DNA from: Lepidodermella squamata
Lineage: Eukaryota; Animalia; Gastrotricha
Assembly (NCBI GenBank): GCA_047495785.1
Contig: JBLDXI010000009.1
Location: 4,588,001-4,652,000 of the forward strand
Direction of reading: 5' to 3'
Length of the DNA: 64,000 bases
Shown: positions 32,407 through 44,827 of the stretch, piece after piece
Layout: each line of letters begins with the position of its first letter
Position numbering within the stretch: the stretch's first letter is position 1
The notes under the pieces: model-generated
What the model was told of the DNA's origin: nothing
The model's database searches: none
The model's input: only the letters and a program-made list of their open reading frames with translations
Position numbers and translations under genes: made by a program

Positions 32407-35400
32407 CATTTCTTCGTTCTTTTTCTCCGTTCTAATAAAAGTTGACCGTTGTCCGCGTTTTAACAGCCAGTTGTTCTATTTAGAGGTACATTATTCAAAA
32501 TGCGCGCACTTTGCGTGATTTATAAGCAATTTACACGCTTTCAGCAGTTTCACTGATTTAGTAGCAGTTTACACTCGTTTTGGTAGCGCATTTATTTTCA
32601 CTCAATTTATTCTATCGACTGATGCGTCGGGGTCCGGTCTCGGCTACGTTCTCGAAGAAGACCAGGACGACGGTACCCGGCGCCCAGTCGCCTTCGGTTC
32701 TCGAAATCTGACTAAGGCCGAGCGCAATTATTCTAGTTGTGAACGAGAGGTTCTTGCCGTCCTGTACGGGCTAAAGCAGATTAAGCCTTACATCTCGCCG
32801 GGTTTGAATTCGATTACCACCGACGTCAATACTGACGCCGCTGCTCTTCGCACTTTGAATACCTGGAAGGACACCGGAGGTCGGTTGTCCAACTACCTGA
32901 TGATCCTACAACAATATCCGCTGAATATAATAACGCGCCGAGGTTCGACTCATGCGAATGCCGGTGCGATGTCGCGTACGCCTGATCGAGCTACGCCACT
33001 CCCGGCTTCCATCAACGCGATGACATCCGATCTTACTTTCGATGACGATATTGTTGTCGACGAGAACGCGTACCACGAGGGCGACCCGTTCCGCTCTCTC
33101 ACGCCCTGTGGCGAACTTGACTCGCGATGTTTTGATTTCGTCGATGTAGCTCCAAGAAACGCCGCCTTCGTCACAATTAAAAGCAGCGTAGCAAATATTT
33201 CTTAGCGCCTGATGGCTTGTTGTGTCGCTACTACCCTGCCTCTTAATCGGTTACCAGATCGTCGTACCTGAAAATCTCATCGTCACCGTGCTACACGCTA
33301 TGCATGACGAGAAATGTCATTTCGGCGTTAAACGCACCCTATCCACCTTAAAAGATCGATTCTATTTTCGCAATTACGAGGAAATTACTGCCGAATACGT
33401 CAAATCATGCGCGGTGAGCCAAATTCGTGATCACCCTGTGAAACATCCGCGTGCTCCGATGGAGCCCATCTTTTCGCATGACGTGAATTCTCACCTGGGA
33501 CGTAGCCGGTCCATACCCTACGTCTCGTCGTGGAATGCGCTATATTCTCATCATTTTCGATCATTTCAGTGGCTTCACGCTGTGGCAGCCCATTCCGGAT
33601 ATTAAGTCCGAAGCCATGATAGAGAAATTGCTCGACTGGATCTACATTTTCGGTAGCCCGCGTGCTTTGCTCAATGACAACGCCCGCTACTTCATCTCCA
33701 AGCTCATCGAGGACGTGACTGATGCGTTTGCGATTGGCCGTATTAAAAGCTCAGCTTATCACCAGCAGACTATCGGTCATTGCGAACACTTGAATTTTGT
33801 CATGAATAACTGCATCGCGAAATACGTCGTGCCCGGCCAGCACCTCGACTGGTGCCGCTTCGTCAAGGCCTGTTGCTCCGGCTACAACTCGTCTCACAAT
33901 TCGAAACATCGCCACCCACCAGCGTATCTTATGCTAGGTCACATGCCCAAGTTGGCTATGGACTGGCAGTGCTTCGCCGAGAAGAGGCCATGGCAACTAA
34001 AATTATCCGCCAGTTACAAATCTCACCCAGGCACAACGAAACGGTCAAATTACTAACCCAGGATGTCCCACTGTTTGTCTCGGCCTGGATGTCTATCACC
34101 GGCGCCGATCAACCCGATGTCATCGACGTTACAATTCGAGCGAAACTTCCGGTTATAAGGAACTCGGTCTGCAACATCATCGCGTTGTCTCCCATCAGCT
34201 TGCTTGGAAACCACAGCTGTCTAACTGCACCGCGATCTGTCTACATCCGCCATCCAATGCTCAAACCAGCCTGTCCGCCTATTTCCCACCAGCTGCCTCG
34301 ACGCTTGCACCACAATCTCACCCCACAAAATCGTCTGCCCGCTTGAATTCTGCGATATTTCCACGACACCTGACTGGCTGCAACAGACCGGCCTCGTCGC
34401 TGATTCCGGACACGTCTTAGCTCACGATCCCGTTATCAGCTCGTAAGCCTAGTTCAACTGGTGCGAACAAGCCAGCGATGTTGTGCGACTTAACCACAGC
34501 TCGTTCCTCCTTCAAAAACCGGCGACTGTCTCACTTTGGCGCGTTAATGGCACCGCCAGAATACTAATTTTTAGTCGAAAATATTCGCAAAGTGGCCACA
34601 TTTTCCACCTCTCTTGCAATCACATCATTAAAATTGGCGACTCCGAATTACACCCATCGGCCTTTGAATGCGACGAGGATCTGCGCCAAGAGATACTAAC
34701 GGTCACCGAGTCGGGTCGATTAAAGCTGCTTGACCCCAATACCAGCGATTACCCGACCCAACACAGCAATCGTCGCCAGCCTAAAGGATTCAACGATGCG
34801 TGACGAGTTCAACCGTAATGACGCTACAACACTGCGGCTCGTCGAAAATATCAGCGCCGGCTCGGCCCAATTAGGTCTCTTCACGCAGCTGATGAGTATC
34901 TACGTTGGACAAATCGGCTCCTCCAACGACACCCACCCAGCGCTGCTCTCTTTTCTGCCAACCGGAGCGGACTCGCTCATCCTTGCACTAAATACCGTCG
35001 CTATAATTTACCTCATCTGCAATAGAAATCGCCCTCCAAATCCGCTTCAAATCCAGACAATAATGCCGGCACTCCAAGTCCCAACCGCCCCACAACCGCC
35101 AGGATACGTAATACCGTCAACGGCCATCCCGCTCGACAAAGCCAACGAAGCGGAACCAAAACCACAGCCGCGCAAAAAGCGCTTCTACTATTGAAAGTCA
35201 AATAATCACGAAGTTTTGTATATTTACCAGTGATTCTGAAAATTGTAAATTCTCGCGCAATATTATTATCGAATTTTGTTCTCTCTCTTGCCATTTTACT
35301 CCTTTTTTCTCCTGCTTTCCAGGAGTAAAGCACTATTTCACCTGGGGAATGTGCTATGCCGACGCAAGTCGAGCGCGATTGGTCCGCATACCAACCAATA

Positions 35401-35858
35401 AGCGGCCTGCGTGCTGAAGTATAAATACCGAAACACAATAACAATAATTTTTTAATGCAAATTCTTCGCGCTGTTGTTCACATTAAAAATTACAAAAAAG
35501 AAACATCTTATCAATAACAATAAAATGAGGAGTTTTGGATCATTTCTGCCTGACTGTTATTTACTCTTTATATCGAACCCGTCTGGTATCCGTACCGTGC
35601 CGGATATTACAGTTCTATTAAAGAGATTAATTAAATAAAAAAACAAGGAAAAAAACCCTTGTATCATATAAGCCTTGAACTACTTTTAAGGGGCTATAGA
35701 TACCAGGATTTCTTGTATGCTTCGAGGTCTTATAGCTGGTAATATAATCAGAGAGATGTTTACTTTCCCATATTGAGGTTTACCGCTTGATTGGAGAACA
35801 ATGGGCTCGCCTCCACTCTCTCAATGGCTGGAGTTATCACATTATCTAATAAAGCAAT

Positions 35859-38800
35859 ATGGCCAAAGAAAAGCTACATATTTCTTTGAAAACGGATCAT
35901 TCCTCATTTATTGTGGAAATCAAATGTTATCGATTCCACGCGATCAAGCTGGTCTTTTTCCTGCTGTTAAGCATCGTCTCTCTCGGAGTTTTCCCACTAC
36001 TAGTCTATCTGCAAAATCGCCGTGGTTTCACATCACGATTCATTCTATGGACACATAACCTTTGTGAATTAGAAGATGCCTCAGCATATCTGGCAAGGAG
36101 GTTGGATGGAAAGGATGTTTATTCCTGCCAGCCTTTGCTCGTGAGTAATGATGGCTCACTGATTCGTCTCGGACCCGTGAATCGCACGTGGCTGAGTTTC
36201 AAGCAGAAACTTACTTTAAAAGATGAGTTCATCGACAAAAGCGAATCCGCCAACCCATTCATTGTGCACAATCAAAAGCAAAATGGCACACTGTGCCTAG
36301 CTTTCAGGGTAGGAGACCGTGGCATTTTCGTCTGGGATTGTCAAACTAAGCTTCTGCGTCGACTGGACCCCAAGCTGGCGAATAACGATAATCGTGATGC
36401 TCCCAAGATAGCTCAATTACTGGATGTCAAAGTTTACGAGCAAATCATCACAGCAAACGATACAACTCTCAAGATTGAGCTATTTAGGTGAGCTTAGCGT
36501 TACAGTTTCTAAAATCGTTAAAATCGTTAAAAATAGGAGAAACTTTTTAAAATCGGTTATTTTCTACATGTTGACAATTATTACTCTCGGATTGTTTGCC
36601 GCTGTGGTTTGTTATTGGAAACCCGCTTGGCAACTGCTTTTCACATCAGATCCGGTTGATTTCGCTAATTCTGACGCGGCAACCAGCGTGAAAATTACGG
36701 ATGAGAATTGTGATGTAGCCATTCGAGATCTATGGCTAGCGACGCGAGATGGAGTGCTACTGAATTGGAAATCATCTAGAATATCCCAAGGCTGCAAAAA
36801 TCTAACATGGTTTTTCTTCAGATATGAGCACGCGCCCATCGTTTTAGATTGGGAGACCAATAGATTCGTACCAGGGTCAGCTCTTTTACGAAACGTAAAT
36901 CCTGAGCATCCCTGGGCCCGAAGAATTTTATGCGGCTCAAATTTGACTCCAGTGCCGAAAACGCCCTTCCTGCTCATCGTTTGGCAAATCATTTTCACCC
37001 CGCTCTACATCTTCCAAATCGCCTGCGTCATACTTTGGTTTAACATAAACTATCAGATCTACACCGCATGTTTGGTCGTCATTTCATCACTCACTGTGCT
37101 ATGGTTGGCTTACATGACTTTTACTAACGAAAAAGCTGTAAGAATGGCTGTAACTGGAGGATCGAGCTCGCGAAATGACTCCGTTACCATCTTGAAATCA
37201 GGCTCGGGAGAGAAGTTGTCCATCAATGTTTCAGAGCTACTACCTGGAGACATTGTGAACGTCGAAGGAGTTTCTTCTATCCCAGCCGATTTGGCTTTGG
37301 TTACAGGGTCCTGTTTAGTTGATGAGTCGATGCTGTCCGGCGAGGTAACTCCGGTGACAAAACTCGCCTGCTCTCAAACTCTAACAATCAGGGATTTGGA
37401 TGTCCCTTCAGAAATAAATAAGTTGTATTCTGGAACCAAACTTCTACGCGTAAGTCCTTCGACCACGGCTATGGTTGTAGCAACCGGTTTTTCTACCACA
37501 AGAGGTCGTTTGGTTAGATCCGTCCTTCGCCCAACGAAATCTGATAAACGATTCTCTGTCGAAGCGGTGAAATTCATGGGCCTAATGGCTTTGATTTGTT
37601 TCATGGGCGTTATCTACAGCATGGTCATTCAAATCATTAGACATGAAGATACATTAGTCGCTGTTCTGATGGTGTTATCTCTGGCTTCGATCGTGATCCC
37701 ACCTCAAATTACAGTTGGTCTCACGATTTCTCAAGCAATTGCGCAAGTTCGCCTGAAGGCTAAAGGCATCTATTGCACTAGTCCGAAATCAATAACGCCA
37801 GCTGGGAGTATCGACGTTATTTGCTTCGACAAAACTGGGACTCTGACTGAGGAAACAGTGAAGCTACAGAGAATTTTGGCTGTTAGGTCGGACGAGTTAG
37901 AAACACCCAGCTTTTCAACGTCATTGAATGATGACGTCGAGCTTTGCGCAGCCTGTTGCAACACGATCACTGTTTTAGATTCAGGTGGGGACCCTGTTGG
38001 AGACCCTATCGATCTGGAACTTCTCAACAGCACATCATTCTCACTCTCGAAAACCGGGCTATTGATTTCTGGTTCCAAATCGGTAACACAGGTGAAGAAC
38101 TTTGGATTTTCTCCAGAGAGACGATCTTCCGCAGTGTTGATCCGAGTTAACAGCGAAAATCCTTTACGGCTACTGGTAAAAGGGGCTCCGGAACATGTTT
38201 TGCCAAGGTGCGATCAAGAAACTATACCGCGTGATATCGACGAGGTTATCAAGCGGGTTACCAGCCAAGGAATACGAGTCATCCTTTTGGCCTCACGACA
38301 TATCGAAGAATACAAAGAAACCACTGATTTGGATCATCTTGAAAAGGGAATAACCCTCCTTGGAGCCGCGATGTTCGAGAACAGTTTGAAGCCCCAAAGT
38401 GCACCTACGATAGCGAAACTAAATGCAGCCAAGTTAAAATGTGTGATTGTAACTGGGGATGATGTGAGAACAGCGACAGCAACTGCTAGAAAGTGTGGCC
38501 TGATATCTGGTGAGCCAATAACCACAATCAAAGCGGAAATTAAGTCTCCCGAAGAAGAAGAGGTGGCTGCCGAGGATCTTCTCGAATTTTGTAATGCAAA
38601 CCCAACTCATAAGTTTGCAATAACAGATGATGCATGGCGACAGATTCGAAAGTCATCAAATGCTAATATATTAATGAAAAGCCTCCTGGAACGCTGTGTA
38701 GTCTATGCTAGGTTCCGGCCTGAGCAGAAGGCTGAAGTTGTTACCGAGTTCAGAAATCGATTCGGATATTCCGTGGCAATGGTTGGAGATGGGACGAACG

Positions 38801-39663
38801 ATTGCTGCGCCTTGAAAGCTGCAGATGTTGGAATAGCCTTGACTGAGGCTGAAGCTTCAGTCGCAAGCTCATTCACCTGCAAGGACCGAAATATCTCCCC
38901 AGTCATCGACATTTTGAAAGAAGGTCGCTGTTCGTTGGTCTCAACGTTTGGCCTATTTGGTGTTTTGGTTTCTTATTCCTTCACTGAGTTCTGCTCCATG
39001 TGTATTGTTTACTGGGTCAAAGCGAATCTCTCTGAAGTTTCATTCATCTACATAGATCTGCTCTTACTCACCATTCTGTCATTCTTGTTCCCTTTCGTCC
39101 CAGCTTACCGGCACGGTCTTAGCGTTGAGAAACCTCCAAAGCGACTGATCTCAGCATACCAAATCCTGCCGATCATAGCTCATAACCTTATTAACGTTGC
39201 ATTTCAAGTTCTGGCATTCGTTTACGTTCAGAAACAGCCTTGGTTCCTACCCTACAACAGCCCTCAGGTTATATCGATGGAAATGTTTCAAATAATGTAA
39301 TGTTTTGGTTATTTTCAGACTTTGGATATGTTTCGGAAGTATCCCAGCTTCGAAGTCTATGCGCTTTATTCAGTCTCTGTTTTCCAATACATTTGGTCGG
39401 GTATTGTCTTCGCAGTTGGCCCGCCTTTCAGGAGCCCGTTTATCAAAAGCAAACTGCTTAGCTTGCACATGTTCATTATTCTATTCATCAACCATGCAAT
39501 CGTGATAATGTTGCCCGATGCGATAAAGAACCTATTTGGAACCTTCCCAGTGCCTTCGATTGAGTTTCGAATAATTCTGATTTTGCTTGCTTACATCAAC
39601 TTTGGGACTACTTTATTCGCTATTCGTTTCATAAGATTTATTGTAGACCGGATGTCGAAATAA
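35859..39663 (+). CDS. P5-type (ATP13A-like, P5B-related) P-type ATPase
   Basis: Exons 35859-36488, about 36537-39267 and 39319-39663. Motifs DESMLSGE, FDKTGTLT, KGAPE, TGDD, PEQK, GDGTND, EASVASSF and KEGRCSLV. Confidence 0.92.
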
Positions 39664-39694
39664 ATGTCCATGGGGCGATTGCTGAGTCAGTTTC

Positions 39695-42600
39695 TTAGTC
39701 TGTTTTAGCAGAGTTTTCCGGTGTATCGTCCAAGCTGGCGTTATCTCGCAGGAACTGGGCGATTTCCCTGTGGCCTAAAGCGTCGGCTACTGCATCTATT
39801 GTTTGACCATCTTTCGTTTTGATCTTCGCAGCACTTGGATCTTTGAAGAAAAGATACTGAGTGAGTTCCGTATGACCGCCACATGCTGCCATCATCAAAA
39901 CATTGAGTTCTTGATCAGTATTATTGATTTTGACCTTATCATCACATTTTCCCCAAAGCAGTTCAACAACCTCCATGTGACCGTTACCAGCCGCCAGCAT
40001 TATCGCCGTCCCTTGAAGCTTCTCATCTCGAACATTGACTGAATCAGGTTGATTTTTCAGCCACCACTTAACCATTTCAACCTGACCGTTAGAAGCAGCC
40101 ATTGTAAATGCCTTGGCTCGCACCTCTATGGTAAATTTGTAATTTTTCAGCATAAACTCGACACAATCAATATGGCCTGAAAATGCGGCGAAGCACATCG
40201 GATTTGCGTCCATTTGCTTCTCGCGCATGTCGATCATTTCCGGGCAATTTTTGAACAGAAATTTACATATTTCGAGTCGGCCATCAAGAGCTGCTATCAT
40301 TAAGGGTGAATGACCGTCCATGCCGACAGATTTAACGTGATCAGGGGCCACTTCGAATATGAACTCGCATACAGCCAGTTCTCCATGCTTAGCTGCGTAG
40401 AAAAACGCGCTTGCCCCGCTTTTGTCCAGGGTTTTAATAGATTCAGGATCGAGGCTGTGCAAATACTTCACGACATCGATGTGGCCATTTTTCGCAGCAT
40501 AGATAATTGCGATATTTCCTTCATCGTCTTTCTTATTAAGGCTTTCTGGGGATTTTTCAGCAATTTTCTTCACGATTTCGAGGTAGCCTTTCCTGGCAGC
40601 GTTACGGAGGGCTGCGTCGTATTTGTAATTGGCGCCCTCCACGGCAAGTAATTTCTCAACTTCAGAGCCATTTCCCTGGAATGCTGCTAGGGCCAGCTCA
40701 CAAATATTAGATGCAGCCAGTAACTCTTGTTCCCATTGTAGCTCAGCCGACAAATTGTGCCATTTCAACAACAATGCGCCAAGTGTGATATTGTCTAAGG
40801 TTTGTCCGAATCCACCAAATTTAGCCAGAGCATCAACCAGAAAACAGGATTGAACTTTCCCCGGCACAGCGATTTGCTTCTCACGGATAACCTTCTCAAC
40901 AACTTCTGGACCTAATGTCTTGATTTTCTGAATAATTCTTTTAAGAAGCCTCAGGGAATGATTTGCTTTGATCACACTTGGACCCATTGCGAATAAGAGT
41001 GAAGCAGGATGAGCCGGTTTGTCCCATTTAAAGTGGTACAAGTACTGTAGAAATGGCATCCCATTAGTTTCAGCTAATGATTTCTTCATGCAGATCTCCG
41101 CCAACGACGCTGCGTCCAATTTACTAACAATGCGCTTCAAGAGCTGACGTCGCCTGAACTTGAGGGCATTCAGCAAGACAGATAAGCCTGAATTTGAGTT
41201 CTGATGCCCGCCTCCAATTTCAGCAGATCCCATCTCACCGGCGACGATTTTAATGCGGACCTGAAGTAAGGCTTCATCGTCTGAAAGATTCGCGCTCAGT
41301 CTCAAGTCTTTTCTAGCCTTAGCCAGGGCGGATTCATAAAGCATTTGGTGGACTAAAAACCGATCCTCCAAATCATCTTTGTACTTCTCAGCTATTTCCT
41401 TCTCTGCCTGGCTGGTTTCTTCGTCATCGGCAGCCTCGTTGATGAGTTTCTCGCTCAAAACTCGTTTAACACGTCGAACTAAAGACCGTTTTTCAAAGGC
41501 GCGGCAAACGCCTCTAAGACCACACCGGAAACCTTCGTCGAGATCAAAGCCCCACAAAACGCCGAGATCGAAAATTGAGACAGGCTCAGCGGGGTTGTAG
41601 AGCAAAAAGGCGTAGAACAGCATTCTCATACTTGCATCCATTTGGTCAAGGCTGAATGAGAATAGGTTAGAAACCGTTTTGAATGACCTATTTTGTGGCC
41701 TCAGATCGCTGATTCTGTACTGAGGTGACGTTAGGGTTTTGTACTCGGCTTTTGCCTCGAATTTATCTTCGCAGTTGTTGATTCTGGCCGCGATGAGACT
41801 AGCGATCAACGGCAAGCCACAGCAGAGAGACGCGAGTTTCATTAGCTGATCCTCAGCTAGAAATTTATTGAGCTTATACGTTGATTTCAGCATGTCTTTG
41901 ATGCCTTCGTCGGTCATCTCCTCGACTCGCTCTGTTTTCTGGACGATGCTGAAATTGTTTTCGAGGATGGTCTGGGCGTCTCGAGTGACCACGAAGCAAA
42001 TCACGCTGTCGTTCAGCTTCTCGAGAAAGGCCTGCAGAACTCGGTAGTTGAACATGTCGTCGAGTACAAAGGCAACTCGCATGTTTTTCCGCTTGTAATA
42101 CGTCGAGATACTCTGAACACTGCCGAATGATGCAGATTTATCACTGTCTGCCTCCATTTCTGAGGCAAGAGTAAGAATTTTGTCGACAAAGGCCTTCTCG
42201 TCAAAAGCCTCTCGCCAATCGAAACAGTTGATCCAGATAGCTCGTTGGAAGTCGCAGTCTCGAGCGAAGAATGCGTGGTTCTTTTCATCGGACAGAAGTC
42301 TTGCAACTAAAGTTGTCTTCCCGACCCCGCCGTCACCTTGAAGGACCAAGCAGCCGTCATCTGGCGATTCGGCGATCAGTTGCATTTGACTCAAAATTCG
42401 CTGCTCGTCTTCCAAACGCGCGAAATACTTAGATTTTGAGAAGAATGGTACTCCGGCTGTTTTGAAGCTGGACAATAGAAAAAACCAATTCAAGAACTTG
42501 AAACAGGGAACGAAACCTACTTAATGGTAGGCTCTGGCGGGCGATTTTCACGTTGATTGCTTGACCATGCGTTCGTGCTAGTATCTGTATTTCCAGCCGC

Positions 42601-43328
42601 AGGAGGATTTACTGTGATGTGGATTTGTTCGCAAATCTTCTTTGAAATATCTCCGAAATCGTCTCCATCGCAATAATCGAATCTTAGCTGAGATTTGAAA
42701 ATGAATAGAAGCCATCCATCAGGTCTGTATGACTTTTCAACTCTGATAGGGATGATTTCCTTATTCTTATTGGCGGCGTATTCGATTTCTCGCCTGCAGT
42801 TCGCGCTTTCAGCATAAGCTTTGCTGAAAAATACCAGCACTACATCAGCATCATCGATTCCCTGTTAGAAAAGATTTATATTTCAATTTGAAAAGTAGAT
42901 CGAAATCTTACCTTAGCCATGGACTCGAAAGCACAGGATGTGTTTGCGATTGAGCCGAAATCGACCCAAACATTAAGATCAGGCTGCTGCATTAAATAAC
43001 GAGCCATTTCATGCACTTCCTCCTTTCGAGTCTTCCAGCAATAGCTGATGAACAGATTAATCTTCTTCGCCGAGCTGTCAGCATTTGAGGTTTTAATTTG
43101 CGTTGGTGTTTGGTGAATGTTTTCAACTTTGCTTGCGAAACGTTTCATAATGCTATCTGTTCGAGGGGTGGAGCCATAGCCACCACCAGTGCTCCTTGTG
43201 CCTTTCGCGGATTCCTGACGCCTTTGAGCGATTCGAGCTGAAAACTTTCGGTAGTTACTGGGCAGGCCAGCGTCAAGCTCTTCTTCGTCTGTAACATCGT
43301 CTTCTCGGAAATCATTACTCGGAGGCAT
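39695..43328 (-). CDS. TIR - NB-ARC (STAND) - ankyrin-repeat receptor, copy A
   Basis: Exons 43328-42912, 42861-42521 and 42467-39695. TIR_2-like FISYCW..SANCRREIEYA, P-loop GDGGVGKTT, Walker B VAFVLDD, GLPL, MHD-equivalent VHQ and about 8 ankyrin repeats. Confidence 0.9.
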
Positions 43329-43745
43329 AACTTTTTCGAGAAGTATTGAACAGCTGCTAACGAAAGCGGAAAGCGGAGCAAACCTTTTTTGAGCGTGAAT
43401 ACAAAGCTTTTATTAACACGGTTCTGTTGCGCCTCTAGATCGATAGCCCACCGCTTGATTATTAATTTATCAGTACGACCAATAAATCATCAATATATAT
43501 CGATTAACGCAATGTGAGGATTGACATATTTTTCTCATTTTGAGCTTGGGCAACTTCTTTGTTATGTGGAAAAATGGATAGTATAATTAGTGATATATGA
43601 TAAATAGTGGTAAAAATAGGCATAATGTGATCGGGCAGAGCGTAGGAATTCACAAAAGTTGTAAGCAAGATGATGCTCTTTCGCGCTATGAATGATCTCG
43701 TTACTTTTTAAGCTACTCTGAAAGCTGTTCAACAGAATGCTAACA

Positions 43746-44695
43746 CAGGGTGCGATCTTCGATCCTGCAGCTAGTAGAGATGGAAAAAATTGTCTTCTGT
43801 TTTTCCGAAAATGACTAGTTATTTCAACCAAAAACCAAAAAAGAAAATTTTGAAGATTTTCCAGGGTTGCACTATTCACAGATCGCGGTCAATTTATACA
43901 TGTTTATACGTATAAACTGTTTAAACATGTAAAAATATATGTTTAAACACTGCATATAAATAATAAGACTAAGGCTCAGATTTCGACGCCTAGCCAAGAA
44001 CCATATTTTTGTTTTCTTACCACAGGACTCACTGCTATCGTAAAACAGATGTCACCATTGAGTTCCTCGTCAAAAGTTACCATATTACGTGTCAAGAAAA
44101 CGATTCGCAGCATGTTGCTTAGCTGCCACAGTTAGGTACCTATGACGCAAACCCGCGAGGCAAACGGAATCTAAAGGCGAGATTGCGAAACAATTTTACG
44201 GTTCGTCGAGAATTAACGATGGACAGCTGAGCTCTTGCCAACAAAGAAAGTTAACAAAGAAAAGGAAAAGGGCCCCGCCGGATCGAATGGCTTTTGCAGA
44301 ATTTTCATACCCATCGCCGCTTCCGAGATAGGATCACTTCCGGTCCAGATTACTTTATTGCAGTAATAAAAAATTGCCCTAAAGTCTTTTTGCTAGTCGT
44401 TTTCTATGACTTTTCTAGGGTAACTTTTGACCAGGAATTCAATGGCGATATCTGTTCTACGATTGCAGTAACCTTAGTTTCAGAAAAAGATCAAGCACGT
44501 TGGGAACCCTTGTTCATCCTGCGTATATCCCACTACCCAACGTCATCTAATACAGATTGTAGAGGGTGTTCTAGAGGGTCCACTAGAACACCCTCTACAA
44601 TCTCTCAAAATTTACGAAAATACATTTTAATTTTCTTGCCCGGGCTGGCCGAGCTGGGGAGGTGATACCCCATCCCCCCTGAAAGTCGCACACTG
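43746..44695. mobile_element. hAT-like non-autonomous element in the NLR-GPCR intergenic region
   Basis: Ends cagggtgcga and tcgcacactg. 8-bp TSD tgctaaca/tgcgaaca. Confidence 0.75.
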
Positions 44696-44827
44696 TGCGA
44701 ACACATGACGTACTTAATCCATTGAAAATGCGACCCTAAATCACGTTTTGCCGCGCCATGACTAACTAGGTCACCCCCTGTGCGCATATAACGATCAGCT
44801 GGCGAGCTCTTTCGGCATTAACGAAAA

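Larger units (their letters stand above)
29550..32603 (+). mobile_element. Mutator/MULE DNA transposon inserted in Gypsy pol
   Basis: Perfect 9-bp TSD aatttattc at 29541-29549 and 32604-32612. Imperfect TIRs (aaactgctactaaa / tttagtagcagttt). Confidence 0.92.
28868..35611 (+). mobile_element. Degenerate, 5'-truncated Ty3/Gypsy LTR retrotransposon (RT-RNaseH-integrase, env-like ORF, probable 3' LTR)
   Basis: RT (MPFG, YFDDIL) at 28868-29549. RNase H resumes at 32613 (FILSTDASG, NYSSCERE). Integrase HHCC and core are at about 33250-33960 with frameshifts. An env-like region at about 34000-35194 has a C-terminal TM. A purine tract precedes a TG at 35350, and the LTR end at about 35611 is tentative. 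Confidence 0.88.
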
